Source: Candidatus Marinacidobacterium sp. (GTDB lineage Bacteria > Acidobacteriota > Vicinamibacteria > Marinacidobacterales > Marinacidobacteraceae). Taken from it: a stretch of 64,000 nucleotides of DNA. Every line of letters starts with the position of its first letter. Positions within the stretch are counted from its first letter, which is position 1. The stretch is taken from the NCBI GenBank assembly GCA_965220965.1, contig OZ244852.1, forward strand, positions 608,001 to 672,000, in the 5' to 3' direction. A program made the position numbers and the translations under genes. Below the pieces are notes generated by a model. It made no database searches, was not told the origin of the DNA, and saw only the letters and a program-made list of their open reading frames with translations. Positions 47,615-56,756 of this stretch are shown piece after piece.

Positions 47615-49666
47615 TCAGTTGGTTTCGGACGCCGTGGTGCGGTAGCGCTCGAACCAGGCGAGGATGTTGGCGATCTTGCCGATGAGCTGGCTCGGCCGCC
47701 GGCTCATGTCGTGCGAAGCCCCCGGAAGCCGGACCACGCCGGTGTCGATCCGCCGCATCTTGAGCGCGTGGAAGAGCTGGTACGACTCGGACAGGGGTGT
47801 CCTCAGGTCCGCCGACCCGGTCACGATCAGGGTGGGCGTCGTGATGTTCTCCGCCAGCGAGAGCGGCGAGAACTTCCAGTAGGGGGCCGGGTCCTCCCAT
47901 GGGAGGCCCTCGTAGCGGCTGTGGAAGTAGCCGTACCAGTTGTCGGCGGTGAGCGTCTTGCTGATCCAGTTGACCACCGGCTTCTGGGAGACCGCGGCGC
48001 GGAACCGGTCCGTCTTGCCGACGATCCAGGCGGTCAGGATGCCGCCCGCGCTCCCGCCGGTCACGAAGAGGTTGTCCGGGTCGATGTAGCCGCGGGCGAT
48101 CACCGCGTCCACCCCCGAGATGACGTCGTCGTAGTCCTCGCCCGGGTAGTTGTGGTAGAGCAGATCCCCGAACTCCTCGCCGTAGCTGGTGCTGCCCCGG
48201 GGGTTCGGGTAGAGGACCACGTATCCGGCGGCCGCCATCAGCTGCATCTCCGCCGAGAAGCGGTCCCCGTAGTTCGAGATCGGCCCGCCGTGGATTTCGA
48301 GGATGAGCGGGTAGCGACGGGCGGGATCGAAGTCGGGCGGCTTCACGATCCATCCGTGGATCGGGTGGCCGTCGAACGATGAATCCCACCAGATCTCCTC
48401 GACTTCGCCGAGCGTTCGCCCGGAGAGGAGGTCCTCGTTGAGCGCGGTGATCCTCCGGACCTCTCCCCCGGGTCGCCCGAGCGCGACCTCGCCGGGCTGA
48501 TCGGGGCGGGTCTGGTTCATCGCGAACGAGCCGTCGTTCGCGACCGAGAACGATCCGCCCCCGTAGGGCCGGCCGTAGGAGGCGCCTCCGAGGTCGCCCG
48601 CGAGGACGCTGGTCTCCCCGTCGAGGGTGACGAACCCGACCTTCGAGTTGCCGAGGTCGTCGTACTGGAAGTAGACGCCGCTCCCGTCGCGCGCCCACAC
48701 CGGGGCCGACACGCTCCGGTCGAGGCCCGCCGTCAGCACCCGCCGCCCGCTGCCGTCGAGGTTCATCACCTCGAGGCGGCGCACCTGGTAGGTGCGCACG
48801 CGGTCCTCGTTGCTGATGAAGGCCACGCTCTGTCCGTCAGGGGAGACGGCCGGGCTCTGGTCCGGTCCGTTGCGATCGGTCAGCGCGCGGATCTCCCCGC
48901 CGGCCGCCGGCGCGATGTAGAGCTCGGAGTTGCGGTAGTCGTAGACCCAGTCGGGCTTGCGGTTCGAGGAGAACACCAGGTTCTGGCTGTCCGGCGTCCA
49001 GGCGGCCGGGCTGGCGTGATGGAAGTCCCCGGAAGTCACCTGGACCGGGGTGCCCCCTTCGGCCGACACCACGAAGAGGTGCTGGAACCCGAAATCCAGG
49101 TAACCGACGCCGTCCTGCCGGTTCCGGAAACGGTCCTCGAGGATCGGCGGGTCGGCCCACTCGGCGCCCGGCGGCGGCCTCGGCGGCGCCGTCAGGCTCG
49201 GCGCCGGATGGGGAACGAGCATGTTGAACGCGATGTGGCGCCCGTCGGGCGACCAGCGGATCGCGCGCGGGGACTCGAGGAGCTGGGTGAGCGTGGTGGT
49301 GTCTCCGGTGTCCATCCAGCGCAGTTGAATCTGGCCGTCAGCGATGTAGGCCAGCCGGTCGCCGCCCGGGGACCAGCGGGGGGTCGTTCCGGCGCCGAGG
49401 CGGCGGTGGTCCCCTCCGTCGGCGTTCACGACCCACAGTTCGCGCCGCTGCCGGTCGCGCTGGATGTCCATCGACGTGCGGACATAGACCACGCGTTCGC
49501 CGTCGGGAGAGATCTGCGGGTCGGCCGCGAATTCGAGCTGGAACACGTCCATCGGCTCGAAATGGCCCGAGGCCTGGCCGGCCGTCTCGGCCGGATGCAA
49601 CAGCAGGGTCAGCGCCGCCGCGAGCATCCCGGCGGAGAAGGGCGACAGGCGAGAGAACGTAGACAT
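47615..49666 (-). CDS. S9 family exported peptidase (acylaminoacyl/dipeptidyl aminopeptidase-like)
   Basis: AGGAG SD, signal peptide, PD40-like propeller repeats (ISPDG, WSPDG), IHGGP, NPRGS, GGSAGG, D and H of the catalytic triad. Confidence 0.9.
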   Translation of the reverse strand: MSTFSRLSPFSAGMLAAALTLLLHPAETAGQASGHFEPMDVFQLEFAADPQISPDGERVVYVRTSMDIQRDRQRRELWVVNADGGDHRRLGAGTTPRWSPGGDRLAYIADGQIQLRWMDTGDTTTLTQLLESPRAIRWSPDGRHIAFNMLVPHPAPSLTAPPRPPPGAEWADPPILEDRFRNRQDGVGYLDFGFQHLFVVSAEGGTPVQVTSGDFHHASPAAWTPDSQNLVFSSNRKPDWVYDYRNSELYIAPAAGGEIRALTDRNGPDQSPAVSPDGQSVAFISNEDRVRTYQVRRLEVMNLDGSGRRVLTAGLDRSVSAPVWARDGSGVYFQYDDLGNSKVGFVTLDGETSVLAGDLGGASYGRPYGGGSFSVANDGSFAMNQTRPDQPGEVALGRPGGEVRRITALNEDLLSGRTLGEVEEIWWDSSFDGHPIHGWIVKPPDFDPARRYPLILEIHGGPISNYGDRFSAEMQLMAAAGYVVLYPNPRGSTSYGEEFGDLLYHNYPGEDYDDVISGVDAVIARGYIDPDNLFVTGGSAGGILTAWIVGKTDRFRAAVSQKPVVNWISKTLTADNWYGYFHSRYEGLPWEDPAPYWKFSPLSLAENITTPTLIVTGSADLRTPLSESYQLFHALKMRRIDTGVVRLPGASHDMSRRPSQLIGKIANILAWFERYRTTASETN

Positions 49667-49803
49667 CGGATGACTCCTGGGCGGGCGGGTCGGGACGGGC
49701 GAGTCCCGAAGCGGCGTTTCCGGTTCGCAGATCATGACCGAACCGGGTCAGGGAGATCCCGGCCGCACCCGGAACCGCCGGCGCTCGGTACACTGGCGCC
49801 ACC

Positions 49804-51225
49804 GTGATTCGCGTTCCCGTCCTTCGCTGGGGCCAGCCCTACCAGAGCCTCGAAACCAACACCGTCAGTCACTTCCTGAGCGGTGAAGCGGTCGCTGAAG
49901 TCGACCAGGCGCCCGGGGGGATCGTCCGCCGCGACCTGCGGAAGGCGGGTCGGGCGCGCCAGATCCTCCGCGAGATCCCGAGCCGGGAGATCCTCGGGAT
50001 GATGAAGGAGGCGGCCCGCCTCTACCAGGAGGAGGAGCTCCCTCTGGGCGATGGCCGGCAGTCCCCCTCGGACTTCGTGCGGGCGCAGTCGGCGACGACC
50101 GGCCTGCCCGAGTCCATGTGCCGGGCCAACATGGAGAAGAACCGGTTCGTCCTCGAGCGGATGGACCAGGTCCTCGACTCGCTGACGCGCGGGCTCGACC
50201 TCGACATCCTCGCCAGCGGCCACGGGGTCGAGGACCGGGGCGTGCCGGTGTCCTACCAGGCGCAGACCCCGGTCCTCGGCTGCGTCCTGCCGTCCAACTC
50301 TCCGGGAGTCCACACGCTCTGGCTGCCGGTCATCCCGATGCGGATCGGGCTGGTGCTGAAGCCCGGCCCGGAGGAGCCCTGGACGCCCTACCGGATGGCG
50401 GAGGCGTTCTTCGCCGCCGGCGTTCCCCGCGAGGCCATCGCGGTCTATCCGGGAGGCGCCGATGTGGGCGCCGCCGTCGTCGAGGCCGCCCCAAAGAGCC
50501 TCATCTTCGGAAGCCGCGCCACCGTGGAGCGCTACCGCTCGAATCCCGGCGTCCGGGTGCATGGCCCCGGCTTCTCCAAGATCCTGCTGGGCGACGATGT
50601 TGTGGACGAATGGGAGAAGCACCTCGACCTGCTGGTGGACAGCGTCTTCCAGAACAGCGGCCGTAGCTGCATTTCCTGTTCGGGGATCTGGGCTTCACGC
50701 CACACCGAGGAGATCGCCGAGGCGCTCGCCGAGCGGCTGGGGCCGGTGGCCCCGCGGCCTCCCGAGGACCCGGAGAGCGCGCTCGCGGCGTTCACCGTGC
50801 CCGGCGTGGCCGACGCCATCAATCAGGACATCGACGACCGGGTCGCGGCCGGCGGCGCCGAGGAGGTGACGGCGCCGCTCCGGGGCGGCCCGCGGCTCGT
50901 CAAGGAGGGGAACGCGGCGTGGCTGCGTCCCACCGTCGTCCACTGCGACGGCCCGGAGCGGCAGGCGGCGAACGTGGAATACATGTTCCCCTTCGCCTCG
51001 GTGGTCCGTTGCCCGCAGGAGAAGATGCTCGACCACATCGGGGACACCCTGGTGGCCACCGCGATCACCGGGGACAGCGGTTTTCGCGAGGCGCTCCTCG
51101 AGTCCCCGTCGGTCGACCGCCTGAATCTCGGACCCATCCCCACGAACCGCATCAACTGGCTGCAGCCGCACGAGGGAAACATCCTCGATGTCCTCTACCG
51201 CGCCCGCGCCTTCCAGAGCGCCTGA
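49804..51225 (+). CDS. Aldehyde dehydrogenase-fold protein, probable acyl/aryl-carboxylate reductase (EhpG/GriD/LuxC-like)
   Basis: LPSNSP (oxyanion Asn), LKPG, IFGS, catalytic Cys region NSGRSCISCS, EYMFP. The canonical ELGG motif is replaced by HGPGFSK. Confidence 0.78.
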   Translation: MIRVPVLRWGQPYQSLETNTVSHFLSGEAVAEVDQAPGGIVRRDLRKAGRARQILREIPSREILGMMKEAARLYQEEELPLGDGRQSPSDFVRAQSATTGLPESMCRANMEKNRFVLERMDQVLDSLTRGLDLDILASGHGVEDRGVPVSYQAQTPVLGCVLPSNSPGVHTLWLPVIPMRIGLVLKPGPEEPWTPYRMAEAFFAAGVPREAIAVYPGGADVGAAVVEAAPKSLIFGSRATVERYRSNPGVRVHGPGFSKILLGDDVVDEWEKHLDLLVDSVFQNSGRSCISCSGIWASRHTEEIAEALAERLGPVAPRPPEDPESALAAFTVPGVADAINQDIDDRVAAGGAEEVTAPLRGGPRLVKEGNAAWLRPTVVHCDGPERQAANVEYMFPFASVVRCPQEKMLDHIGDTLVATAITGDSGFREALLESPSVDRLNLGPIPTNRINWLQPHEGNILDVLYRARAFQSA

Positions 51226-51937
51226 GGGCGCCGCGCTGCGGGAGGCCGGCGAGACGGCTTCGGCGAGCGAGGGCCTGATCGTTCGCGGGCTCGTCAAGGA
51301 CTACGCCGGGCCCGGAGGCCTGCTGCGGGTGCTCGACGGCGTCGACCTCGAGGCCGGTCCCGGGGAGGCGCTCTCGATCATGGGAGCGTCGGGCTGCGGC
51401 AAGAGCACGCTCCTCTTCCTGCTGGGGGCGATCGAGTCGCCCTCCGACGGGGAGGTGCGTCTCGCCGGGGTGGACCCTCACGAACTGGATCCTGACGAGC
51501 AGGCCCGGTTCCGGCGCGACGAGGTGGGGTTCGTGTTCCAGGACCACTGCCTCCTTCCCCAGTGCACCGCGCTCGAGAACGTGCTCACCCCGACTCTTCC
51601 CGACCCGCGGCCCGGCGACCGGGACCGCGCGGTGGAGCTCCTCGACCGGGTGGGGCTGTCGGCGCGCCGCGACCATCTGCCGGCGGAGCTCTCCGGGGGC
51701 GAGAAACAGCGGGTCGCGATCGCGCGCGCGCTCGTGCGGCGACCGGGCCTCCTGCTGTGCGACGAGCCCACCGGGAACCTCGACGGGGAGGCGGCGGCCC
51801 GCGTCGCCGAACTGCTGGTGGATCGCGGCGCGGTGGGCGCGGGATGCATCGTGGTTCTGGTGACCCATGATCCGGGCCTGGGCGCCCGCTTCGACCGGGG
51901 TTACCGCATGGAGCGCGGCCGGCTCAAAGCCGCCTGA
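51188..51937 (+). CDS. ABC transporter ATP-binding protein (LolD/MacB-like)
   Basis: GASGCGKST, GFVFQ, LSGGEKQRVAIARA, CDEPTGNLD, VTHD. Confidence 0.93.
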   Translation: MSSTAPAPSRAPEGAALREAGETASASEGLIVRGLVKDYAGPGGLLRVLDGVDLEAGPGEALSIMGASGCGKSTLLFLLGAIESPSDGEVRLAGVDPHELDPDEQARFRRDEVGFVFQDHCLLPQCTALENVLTPTLPDPRPGDRDRAVELLDRVGLSARRDHLPAELSGGEKQRVAIARALVRRPGLLLCDEPTGNLDGEAAARVAELLVDRGAVGAGCIVVLVTHDPGLGARFDRGYRMERGRLKAA

Positions 51938-51949
51938 GGGACGGCGCGG

Positions 51950-54900
51950 ATGGCCCGGGGTTCCGCAGACGTCGTCCGGCCGGCCCTGCGGGGTCTGATC
52001 CACTACCGGCGCGGGCACCTCCTCGTCGCCGCCGCCACCGCGGTTGCGGCGGCAGTTCTCGTCGGAGCGCTCGCGGTGGGCGATTCGGTCCGGGGCAGCC
52101 TCCGCGCCGTCTTCACCGAGCGGCTGGGAGAGGCCGACTTCGCGGTCCTCCCGCGCCATCCGTTCTCCGACGATCCGGCGACCGGGCTCGCGGCGCGGTT
52201 GGCGTCGCAACTCGAGCGGGAAGCTCCCGGATGGTTCGAGTCGCCGGCGCCGGCGCTGCGGCTCATGGGCGCGGTGTTTCTCCCGGACGGAGCTCCGGAG
52301 GCCGTCACCGTGTTCGGCGTCGACGACCGATATTTCGCGCTTCACCGGGTTCCGGGGCCGGTCTCGCCGGGCGCCGTCCGGGTGAGCCCCGGGCTGGCGC
52401 TTCAGGGCATCGAGCCCGGCGACTCGCTGCTGATCCGGGTGGACGGCGTCTCCGGGATCGCCTCGGCGTCGTTCTTCGGAGACAAGGGCGCCTCCGCGCT
52501 CACGTTCCGCCGCACGGTGGAGGCCTGGGCCGAGCCCCGTCCCGGCCCCGCCTCGGGCGGGTTCTCGCTGTTCCCGGTCCAGGGACCGGTGCGAGCCGTC
52601 TTTCTGCCGCTCGGCGAGCTTCGCGCGCTCCTCGACGAGGACTTCGGGGGGCCGCCCCGGGCCAACGCGCTCCTATTCCGGGCCGCCGGCGCGGCTGGCG
52701 CCGGGGACGAGGGAGAGGCGGTGCTGGCCGCCGCCCTCGATGCGACCGCCTCGCTGGACGACCGCGGGCTCGGACTGCGCCGGGGCGAGTCCGGCGACCT
52801 GGTGCTGGAGAGCCGGAGCCTCGCGCTCGCCGACCACGAGGTGGACGGGGCGGTCCGCGCCGCCGAGGCCCGGGGACTTCGGGCAGCGCCGGTGCTTACC
52901 TGGCTCGCGACCTCGATGGCGGCGAACGGACGCGAGACTCCGTATTCGCTGGTGGCCGGGCTTCCCGAGGGCTGGTTCCCTCCGGACGACGACCCCGGCG
53001 ATGTTCTGCTCCCCGGGCCCTGGCTCACCGAGGATCTCGACCTAACCGGGGGCGACGCGATCGAGGTGTCCTACCTTGTTTGGGACGAGGCGGGACGGTT
53101 CGAGGCCGCCGCCGCCTCGCTGCCGGTGGGGCCGGGGGTCGCCCTCGACGGGGTGTTCCGCGATACCACCCTGGCCCCGGAGTTGCCCGGCGTCACCGAC
53201 TCGGCGCGGATGGGCGACTGGGACCCGCCGTTTCCGCTGGACCTGAGCCGGATCCGGGACCGGGACGAAGAGTACTGGGACGACTTCGGCGCGCTTCCGA
53301 AGGCGTTCGTGCCCTACGCCACCGCGCGGCGCCTCTGGGAGATGCGACAGGGGAGCGCAACATCTGTCAGGTTCCGGAGCGAGGGGAGCGCGTCTCTGGA
53401 TCCCCTCCCGCTCGAAGAATCGCTCGTGGCGGAGCTTCCCGCCGCCGACTTCGGGCTCGCTCCGGTCGCGGTGCGGGCGCAGGGGCTCGAGGCCTCCCGG
53501 GGCGCGACCGACTTCGGGATCTATTTCCTCTACTTCTCGTGGTTCCTGCTGGTCTCGGCGTTCGTTCTCATCGCCCTGCTGTTCCGGCTGGGGATCGAGC
53601 GGCGGCTGCGGGAGATCGGCCTCCTGCTCGCCTGCGGCTGGCCGCCGAAGCGGGTCTCGCGGACGCTCCTCCTCGAGTCCCTGATCGTCGCCACTGTCGG
53701 CGTCGTGGTGGGTTCGGCGCTCGGCCTTCTCTATGCCCGGGGCATGGTGGGGCTTCTCTCCGGCGTGTGGGGGGGCGCGGTGACCGGGACGCTCGCCGCC
53801 TCCGACGGAGGGGCGGAGGCGCCGCTTCAGCTCTTCGTGAGCTGGGGTTCGGTCACCATGGGGGCGCTGGGCGCGCTCGAGATGGCCCTGATCGCCGCCT
53901 GGTGGACCACCCGGCGGCTCGTAAGACTCCCCCCGCGACCCCTCCTCGCCGGGAGCCTGCCGACCAGCGACGCGGCCGGCCCGCTCCCGGCGCCCGATCC
54001 CGGACGCCGCGCGCGTCGGCTGGCCGTCGGTCTCGCGGTCGTCGGCGTCGGCCTCGCGGGGGCGGCCGCGGCCGGGATCGTTCCGGAGACGGGCGGTTTC
54101 TTCGGAGCGGGGTCGGCGCTGCTCGCGGCCGGGCTCGCCGCCGGCTGGCGGCGCCTGGTGGCCGCCGGGGCCGGAGGCGCGCTCGCCGGGTTGCGGGAAC
54201 TCGCTTTCCGGGCGGCCGGTTTCCGCCCGGGCCGAAGTCTCGCCGCCATGGCGCTGGTGGCCTTCGCGGCCTTCACCCTGGTCGCGGTGGAGTCGTTCCG
54301 CAAGCAGTCGGGCGCCGGTGGTCTGCCCGAAGGCGTCGGCGGGGTCCTTGCGCTCACCGAGACGGTGCTGGGGGCGCCGTGGGACCCGACGACCGCCGAG
54401 GGGCAGGAGGCGCTCAACCTGCCGGCCGGCCTCGAAGGGTTCCGGGTGAGCCCGCTTCGTCTCGCCGGCCACGAGGACGCCAGTTGTCTCAATCTCTACC
54501 GCCCGGCGCGGCCGCGGGTGCTGGGCGTCCCCCCGACGCTGCGCGAGGAGAACCGGTTCCCGTTCGCGGCGCACATGGGCGAGACCGCGGCGGAGACCGC
54601 GAATCCCTGGCGCCTCCTCGAGCGCGCGCGGGCGCCCTCGGACCCCATCCCGGTGATCGGCGACCAGAACTCGATGACGTACGTCCTCAAGTGGCCGGTC
54701 GGCGAGGAGCGTTCCTACCCCATCGGGGACGGGGGCGCTCCGGTCCGGTTGCGGCTGGTGGCGACGCTTTGGGACAGCCTCTTCCAGGGGGAGCTGCTGA
54801 TGGCGGAGGAGGATCTGCTGGACTCGCTGCCGGTCGAGGACGGCTACCGCATGTTCCTGGTGGACCGGCCCGGCGAGGTCCCGGTCGGCGCCGAGGCGCT

Positions 54901-55393
54901 CGCTGCGGCGGAGTCCGCAGCCACGGCGCTCCTCGCCGATGCGCTCTCGGACTACGGAGCGGCCTCCACCGCCGCCCGCGCCCGGCTCGAGAGCTTCCAC
55001 CAGGTGGAGAACACTTACCTCTCCACCTTCCAGGCGCTCGGCGGCCTCGGGCTCCTGCTCGGAACGCTGGGGCTCGGCGCGGTGCTCCTGCGGAACGCCG
55101 ACGAGCGGAAGAAGGAGTGGGCGCTGCTCGCGGCGGCGGGCTACCGGCGGCGCGACTTCGCTTCGCTCGGTTTCTGGGAGAACGCGCTCCTCCTCCTCGC
55201 CGGCGTCGGGGTCGGCGCCGGCGCGGCCATCGTCTCGGTCCTCCCGGTGCTCGGCCAGCGGGGCGCCGGCGGGAGTCTCGGGCTCCTCGCCGTTCTCCTC
55301 TCCGGGATCGTGGCGTTCGGCCTGCTCACCGGCGCGCTCGCCGCCCGCCGCGCCGCCACCCGACCCATCCTCCCGGCGCTCCGCGCCGAGTGA
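51950..55393 (+). CDS. Large tandem FtsX/MacB-type ABC permease (1147 aa)
   Basis: N-terminal TM then GDSVRGSL, two large extracytoplasmic domains, and two FtsX-like TM blocks (ERRLREIGLL.A.G; ERKKEWALL.A.G). Confidence 0.88.
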   Translation: MARGSADVVRPALRGLIHYRRGHLLVAAATAVAAAVLVGALAVGDSVRGSLRAVFTERLGEADFAVLPRHPFSDDPATGLAARLASQLEREAPGWFESPAPALRLMGAVFLPDGAPEAVTVFGVDDRYFALHRVPGPVSPGAVRVSPGLALQGIEPGDSLLIRVDGVSGIASASFFGDKGASALTFRRTVEAWAEPRPGPASGGFSLFPVQGPVRAVFLPLGELRALLDEDFGGPPRANALLFRAAGAAGAGDEGEAVLAAALDATASLDDRGLGLRRGESGDLVLESRSLALADHEVDGAVRAAEARGLRAAPVLTWLATSMAANGRETPYSLVAGLPEGWFPPDDDPGDVLLPGPWLTEDLDLTGGDAIEVSYLVWDEAGRFEAAAASLPVGPGVALDGVFRDTTLAPELPGVTDSARMGDWDPPFPLDLSRIRDRDEEYWDDFGALPKAFVPYATARRLWEMRQGSATSVRFRSEGSASLDPLPLEESLVAELPAADFGLAPVAVRAQGLEASRGATDFGIYFLYFSWFLLVSAFVLIALLFRLGIERRLREIGLLLACGWPPKRVSRTLLLESLIVATVGVVVGSALGLLYARGMVGLLSGVWGGAVTGTLAASDGGAEAPLQLFVSWGSVTMGALGALEMALIAAWWTTRRLVRLPPRPLLAGSLPTSDAAGPLPAPDPGRRARRLAVGLAVVGVGLAGAAAAGIVPETGGFFGAGSALLAAGLAAGWRRLVAAGAGGALAGLRELAFRAAGFRPGRSLAAMALVAFAAFTLVAVESFRKQSGAGGLPEGVGGVLALTETVLGAPWDPTTAEGQEALNLPAGLEGFRVSPLRLAGHEDASCLNLYRPARPRVLGVPPTLREENRFPFAAHMGETAAETANPWRLLERARAPSDPIPVIGDQNSMTYVLKWPVGEERSYPIGDGGAPVRLRLVATLWDSLFQGELLMAEEDLLDSLPVEDGYRMFLVDRPGEVPVGAEALAAAESAATALLADALSDYGAASTAARARLESFHQVENTYLSTFQALGGLGLLLGTLGLGAVLLRNADERKKEWALLAAAGYRRRDFASLGFWENALLLLAGVGVGAGAAIVSVLPVLGQRGAGGSLGLLAVLLSGIVAFGLLTGALAARRAATRPILPALRAE

Positions 55394-55432
55394 GGGCGGG
55401 ACCCGGGCGTACGATTCAGCAGCGGAGCCTTC

Positions 55433-56698
55433 ATGGCATATCCCGCGCCGTCCCGCAGCCGGTCCGAAGTGGACCGCGCGGGCGAGGTTCTGGCCGGGCC
55501 CAGGGACGAGGGGTGCGCTGCGGCGCGTCAGGTGGCCAGCGACTGGCGGGCCGCGCACGCCTACCCGCTGCTCGCGCTCCGGAAGCTTCTGGCGCGGAGG
55601 GCGCGCGAGGCCGACCCCGACGGCGACAGCCTGGTGGCGCTGCGACGTAACGGCCTGTTGGCGAAGTCCCGTGCAGCGCCGAGAGCGGTGAGGCGCCCGT
55701 CCGACAAGGCGCGTGAGCGAGGAATATCGGGAATATTCCGAGCGAAACGGAACGATGAGCGCCCCGAAGGGGCGCGGTTCGGGCGGGATGCATCGCCGCT
55801 CGAACGCCGCGTGACTTTGTCAATAGGCCGTTGAGCGACTGGTCTCGGTGGAGGCCAAGCTCCGGCGGTTCTCCGGGATGCGGCTCTCCCGGATGCAGGA
55901 CCTCGGCGGCTGCCGCGCCATCCTCTCCGATGTGGGGAGCGTGGACCGGCTGGTCCGGATCTACGCGGACCGGCGGCAGAGCCACGATCTGGTCAGGAGC
56001 GACGACTACATCGCGGAACCCAAGGCCGATGGATACCGGGGCGTCCACCTGGTCTACCGCTACCGCTCGCGGAGCGACGCCGGCGCCGTCTGGAACGGCC
56101 TGCGGATCGAGGTGCAGATGCGCTCGAGGCTCCAGCACGCCTGGGCCGCCGCGGTCGAGACCGTGGATGCGATCCGGGGTACGCGGCTCAAACGGGGGGG
56201 CCGGGCAACGGCCGCTGGGACCGGTTCTTCGCGCTCATGGGCAGCGTCCTGGCGATCCGGGAGAGGAGGCCAGCGGTTCCGGGAACGCCCACCGCCCTCG
56301 CGGAACTCCGGGACGAGGCGACGACGCTCGAACGGGAGCTGGGGGTCATGTCCACGCTGCTGACGCTGGGCGTGGCGGTTCACCGCGTGGATCGGGTTGC
56401 TGGACTCATCAGGGACTTTCGCCGGGTGGCCGCCTGGTACCTGCTGACAGTCGATTCCCGGACCGCCACGACCTCGGTCCGCGGCTATGGCGCGACGGCG
56501 TTCGAGGACGCGCGCGCCGAGTACCTTCGCCGCGAGGAACAGCATCGGGACAGCCCCGGGATTCAGGTCTGCCTGGTCTCCACGACCTCCGCCGAGGCGC
56601 TGCGAAGGGCCTATCCCAACTACCATCTCAATTCGCAGGACTTCCTGGGCGCGGTCGCCGAGCTGTACGAGCGGGGATCCCGGAGGGTTGGCCCGTGA
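55433..56698 (+). pseudogene. RelA/SpoT-domain (small alarmone synthetase-like) gene interrupted by a MITE-like insertion and a frameshift
   Basis: Three fragments: N-terminus (SRSEVDRAG...WRAAHAYPL), core (KLRRF...MQDLGGCR, DDYIAEPKADGYRGVHL, IEVQMRSRLQHAWA..VE) and C-terminus (WDRFFALMG...LRRAYPNY). Frame changes at the insertion and at a G7 run (56194-56200). Confidence 0.82.
55651..55830. mobile_element. 180-bp MITE-like non-autonomous element
   Basis: Terminal inverted repeats CGGCCTGTTGGCGAAGTC / GACTTTGTCAATAGGCCG (15/18), flanks GTAA and TTGA (each one change from TTAA). Removing the element plus one 4-bp flank restores the host reading frame. Confidence 0.8.
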
Positions 56699-56756
56699 AC
56701 ATCGCCCGCGGTCCCGTCGTTTCGTCGGGCGTACCAGGCATGCCGGAGGCGCGACC

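Noticed and set aside
24149-51225. Phenazine biosynthetic cluster (DAHP synthase + TrpE/G + EhpF/G-like genes)
   Set aside because: No PhzA/B, PhzD, PhzF or PhzG recognised. TrpE looks like a canonical anthranilate synthase inside a primary-metabolism operon about 20 kb away.
46435-51225. Bioluminescence (lux) operon
   Set aside because: The analogy to LuxE/LuxC is mechanistic only; no luciferase or LuxD is present in the window.
55651-55830. Self-splicing intron or riboswitch inside the RelA/SpoT gene
   Set aside because: No group I/II consensus or riboswitch motif recognised. TIRs and a decayed 4-bp target duplication fit a MITE better.
55433-55834. Independent 133-aa gene
   Set aside because: It is the 5' fragment of the RelA/SpoT pseudogene reading into the inserted element.
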